From assembly GCA_963827655.1 (NCBI GenBank), contig CAWHCF010000041.1, positions 64,001 through 128,000 on the forward strand: a DNA stretch of 64,000 nt. Direction: 5' to 3'. Below, in pieces: positions 60,722 to 64,000 of this stretch (position 1 is its first letter; every line of letters begins with the position of its first letter). This DNA comes from an uncultured Acidobacteriota bacterium (GTDB taxonomy: Bacteria > Acidobacteriota > UBA6911). The translations under genes were made by a program, and so were the position numbers. The notes under the pieces were generated by a model. That model saw nothing but the letters and a program-made list of their open reading frames with translations, had not been told where the DNA came from and did no database searches.

Positions 60722-60788
60722 AGTCGAGAATCTTCGTGTTTTTAGCGTCCCGGTGTCTTCGTGGTTAGCGCTGGAGTACAATTTCGCG

Positions 60789-61211
60789 ATGAGACGAGAG
60801 ATCTCTGCAGGATGCGTGATTTACCGGAAAGAGGCCGATGAGATAAAGGCCGTGCTCATCCGCCCGCGAGATCGGGATGCGTGGGCGCTCCCTAAAGGGC
60901 TGCTCGATCCGGGCGAATCTTCCGAAGCGGCGGCCGAGCGCGAGACCCGGGAAGAAACGGGATTGCATGGCAGACTGGCTGCGAAGATCGACACGGTCAA
61001 ATACACTTACACGGCGAAATGGGAAAATCCCCCCTCCAAGGTATTCAAGATCGTCACTTATTACCTCATGGAGTATGTCGATGGAGATGCCTCGCAACAC
61101 GATTGGGAAGTGGAGAGAGTTGAGTGGTTTCCTATCGACGAGGCGATCAAACTGGCCAGCTACCCGTCCGAAAAAGCTGTCCTGAGAAAGGCTAAGAGCG
61201 CGCTGTTGTGA
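60789..61211 (+). CDS. NUDIX hydrolase
   Basis: Nudix box PKG.LDPGE....AAERETREETG. Confidence 0.92.
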   Translation: MRREISAGCVIYRKEADEIKAVLIRPRDRDAWALPKGLLDPGESSEAAAERETREETGLHGRLAAKIDTVKYTYTAKWENPPSKVFKIVTYYLMEYVDGDASQHDWEVERVEWFPIDEAIKLASYPSEKAVLRKAKSALL

Positions 61212-61442
61212 GCCGTTTCGTTACCCTGGTTTACTCCAAAGAGACCGTCTTTGGTGAATGACAATGCCGAAATTGTCACAAGGCCCCACGAAGAGCACCC
61301 ATGGACAAGAGAGATTCTCCTTGCAGGAAGAACCCTCCGCAATCAGCTTGGCGACCGAGCCGTCATCGAATCCGACCCATCCCGTTCTATCTTCTATTGG
61401 CCCGCTGAAGCAAATTCCGATTGGTCGTATGACCCTGGTGAG

Positions 61443-61763
61443 TCACTCCTCGCCCACATTCGCCTCGACACTGCTAATGTATGCGCCTCTGACGTGCAAC
61501 ACATGAACTCTTCGACCTTGGATCATAAACAGCACACGATAGCGTCCAACGATCATTTGCCGGATTTCTTCCTGGAACTCATCGTTCTCCGGCGCCAGCG
61601 GACAACCGGTTGGAATAGTTGTGAGCTGTTTCATCATCGCGGCGCGTAAGTCGCGTACCCACTTATGCGCTTGCGCCTTGCCCCAAACACGACACCCCCA
61701 GTCATAGGAGCGCTGCACGTCTGTCTGCGCCGGCTCCTCAATGACCACCTGATACTTTTTCAT
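61443..61763 (-). CDS. Type II toxin, RelE/ParE family
   Basis: Y.V.I...A..D, P..CPLAPE, IRQ..VGRYRVLF and VLHVR; lies downstream of the antitoxin. Confidence 0.88.
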   Translation of the reverse strand: MKKYQVVIEEPAQTDVQRSYDWGCRVWGKAQAHKWVRDLRAAMMKQLTTIPTGCPLAPENDEFQEEIRQMIVGRYRVLFMIQGRRVHVLHVRGAYISSVEANVGEE

Positions 61764-61769
61764 CGCCGC

Positions 61770-62054
61770 TCAGTCGAGCTTATTTGTGGAGAAGAACTCG
61801 GCAAAGAACTTATCGGCTGGCTTACCACGTTTTGCCTTCATGCTTTCGAGACCACTCCGGATGCCTTCAATTGCTTCCAGGCGCTCTTTGGCCTCCACAA
61901 GTCGCTGGTAGCTCTCGGCATCCTGCACGACCAGCGCAGCTCGCCCGTTTACCGTCAAAACCATCGGCTTCTTGGTCCTTCTCATTTGGCGCATGAGCTT
62001 GGCTGTATCGCGCTTGAAAGTGCTCAGGCTCTGAATGTCTCGTGCCAGTTTCAT
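61770..62054 (-). CDS. Type II antitoxin, Phd/YefM family
   Basis: IQSLS.FKR.T, P.VLTVNG.A.LVV.D..SY. Confidence 0.9.
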   Translation of the reverse strand: MKLARDIQSLSTFKRDTAKLMRQMRRTKKPMVLTVNGRAALVVQDAESYQRLVEAKERLEAIEGIRSGLESMKAKRGKPADKFFAEFFSTNKLD

Positions 62055-62100
62055 CTCAGCGGGCACCAGGCTGGCATCTCCTCAAGACATCAATGCCAGG

Positions 62101-64000
62101 TCAGGCCAATGGTTCGGTCACCGCCGCCACCGTGCGTTCGATTAGTGGCCAGCCGAAAATCGGCAACTTCTCGACCTGGGCCGCTCTTGGCCAGACGACG
62201 AGGTCCTCCCACTTCTCGACGATGAGCCTCTGGCCTCCCGCCAAAGACGGAGTCTTAAAATCGACGTGATAAACCGCAGTAGACAAACGATCAGGATCGA
62301 GACCGGAAACTAAAAGGGTCCCATCCTCACACGAGGACAAATCGCGCACGCGGGCAATGTTATTGGCGGGGGGACCCAGCCAATTAGGCATCGACCGCTT
62401 TTTATTGATGCAACTCATAACCGAGGCATGCGTGGCACACGCAAACCCGTCCTTTCCGTACATCCATAGGAAGTACGGGTCGACTGCGATTCCACTGTAA
62501 GAAGACATTGGAATTGGCACGTCGGCTTGCATGTTGCTTTGAAAAACGAAGATATCCTTTGAACCTTCAAGTGTTCCATATATGATCGAACCATTCTTCA
62601 AGAGGCCTTCCGGCATTTCGTCCTTATCAGGATCATCGGGTAAGATCGATAAAGGCATTGCAATACGAACCTGCACCATCTTGGGCCCTGTAACAGGCCT
62701 CCAATTGATCCTGTCGAATTTCTTGGGGGCATCCTTATTCCATGTGTACGCCTCCAGTGCGCCGCCTTGCTGCCAATCACGTGTGCCGTAAACCGTGAAC
62801 GTGTTGCCGGCACCCGGGACCGGCCACCAGTCCGAGAACAGGAGGCCAACGGTTGCGTCCTCGGGGCCCACATAATACGCGTCAAACGTCAAAGCAAGTT
62901 TCTTAGTGTCAAGCCTGCTATAGTATGAGTATTTGCCCGAGCCCGAGTCCAGAACCCAGATGTCGTATTGAGCCGAAGGGCTGTTTACGCCTTCCTTGGG
63001 TCGGGTTATCGACATCTTCCGGCAATGACCGAAAAGCGTTTTTTCAAATCGGTTTTCCTGGAAAGCCTTTGGTCCGGTGGCAACGTGTACGTAGCCGCCG
63101 CTGTAAGCGATGACGAACACCCCCCGCTTTCGGGCCACCGGCACGACTTTCTTCAGGAACCCTGCCGTTTGCGTGTTATTAACTTGTAGATTTTCAAACT
63201 TGACCTTTACTCTTCGCTGCAACTTTGCCCACTTCTGCGACTTCGCTGGATCCGGCGTTGGATCCCCGACGTATTTCTTGATGCGTTTTGTGTCATGCGC
63301 ATAAAGGTTCTGCTTCGTCACTGCGAGCATCAAGTGCATATACACTTCGCAGTGAAGATTTAGTATCTCAGGCCAACCGTCCAGATCTTGATTTCCCGCT
63401 TCCAGGAGCCAGTTGCGCACTTTCCTGATAGTCGTTACGATGTTACCCTCAACGAGGTTGACCTTGTTAAGTTCTTCTGCCAGCAGGTCCGGATCCTGGA
63501 CCCCTCCCCCTTTGGGGGGCTTCATAAACCTGTCGCAGACCTCTGCATAAACCTTGACTGCATCTCCAGCCGCGCCAACTTCGCTTTTCTTCTCTTCGGC
63601 GCCGAGATCTCTCATGAGTTTTTCGATCTGTTCAAGCAGATCCGGGGGTTTCGGGGCAAAGAAATTGAGGAGCATCGAGATCATGGAGAACAAAGCCCCC
63701 AGCACCGCGCCCGGTGGGCCGCCCGCAGTCGACAGGCCGCTCAAGGCAGACACCAGACTCGAGCAGATATCCATGACCGCTGCACTGCCGGCGATTGCAT
63801 CGGGTGGCTGCTGTCGGAAGGCTGTGACGGCGGCTAACGTGCCCTTCGTTATGCCAGGCAGGCCATTGGCCAGCGCTGTCTGGTAGAGCGCAAAGGCGCT
63901 CTTTTGCTCGGGTGTCCCGGACTTAGCGGCCTCCCGGCCTTCTTCGTATTCTCTCCTGAGGTTCCCGATCTCCTCCTTGAGTTGTTGGGTTTCGGCACCC
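62101..64000 (-). CDS. Large hypothetical protein (5'-truncated by the window) with a putative CrTX/Cry-domain-I-like pore-forming helical region
   Basis: The frame is open from 63999; AVTAFRQQPPDAIAGSAAVMDICSSLVSALSGLSTAGGPPGAVLGALFSMISMLLNFF hydrophobic hairpin, then a helical bundle and a beta-rich C-terminus. Confidence 0.75.
   Translation of the reverse strand, partial: GAETQQLKEEIGNLRREYEEGREAAKSGTPEQKSAFALYQTALANGLPGITKGTLAAVTAFRQQPPDAIAGSAAVMDICSSLVSALSGLSTAGGPPGAVLGALFSMISMLLNFFAPKPPDLLEQIEKLMRDLGAEEKKSEVGAAGDAVKVYAEVCDRFMKPPKGGGVQDPDLLAEELNKVNLVEGNIVTTIRKVRNWLLEAGNQDLDGWPEILNLHCEVYMHLMLAVTKQNLYAHDTKRIKKYVGDPTPDPAKSQKWAKLQRRVKVKFENLQVNNTQTAGFLKKVVPVARKRGVFVIAYSGGYVHVATGPKAFQENRFEKTLFGHCRKMSITRPKEGVNSPSAQYDIWVLDSGSGKYSYYSRLDTKKLALTFDAYYVGPEDATVGLLFSDWWPVPGAGNTFTVYGTRDWQQGGALEAYTWNKDAPKKFDRINWRPVTGPKMVQVRIAMPLSILPDDPDKDEMPEGLLKNGSIIYGTLEGSKDIFVFQSNMQADVPIPMSSYSGIAVDPYFLWMYGKDGFACATHASVMSCINKKRSMPNWLGPPANNIARVRDLSSCEDGTLLVSGLDPDRLSTAVYHVDFKTPSLAGGQRLIVEKWEDLVVWPRAAQVEKLPIFGWPLIERTVAAVTEPLA

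Noticed and set aside
1-64000. rRNA, tRNA, prophage or known anti-phage systems
   Set aside because: No recognisable signatures found by eye apart from the Phd/RelE pair; small RNAs cannot be excluded without covariance searches.

Overview
GC-rich bacterial contig, most consistent with Acidobacteriota: it has an acidobacterial VWFA-type protein, a Solibacter-type C-terminal domain and PSD1/DUF1501 genes. No rRNA, tRNA or CRISPR array was seen. Main contents: (1) the right end of an ISAzo13-family IS and a decayed surface-glycosylation cassette (1-5.3 kb); (2) hydrolase, sulfatase and rhomboid genes; (3) a sigma54/IHF-driven OmpA-vWA-peptidase-like unit converging on an 8-gene minus-strand operon (18.5-27.2 kb) of ABC permease, ABC ATPase, 2-TM coiled-coil protein, classic-clade AAA ATPase, coiled-coil protein, PspA (ESCRT-III family), membrane-anchored substrate-binding/OmpA fusion and vWA lipoprotein, which is the best candidate for an uncharacterised system; (4) an indel-rich accessory region (27.6-40.7 kb) with a split FAD oxidase, a PQQ sugar dehydrogenase with five near-identical ~95-aa repeats, a kelch protein, a Tat-exported vanadium haloperoxidase plus a decayed partial copy, and a divergent wHTH-NTPase-TPR regulator; (5) NTT-HEAT-cNMP, bactofilin and assorted metabolic genes; (6) a Phd/RelE toxin-antitoxin pair beside a window-truncated protein resembling jellyfish CrTX/CfTX and Cry domain-I pore-forming toxins. 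Three non-coding repeat families are dispersed through the window: a stop-codon-associated MITE sharing its end with the ISAzo13, ACACGAAG hairpin repeats, and AATNNNC heptamer arrays. All family calls come from motif recognition by eye; no database searches were run.
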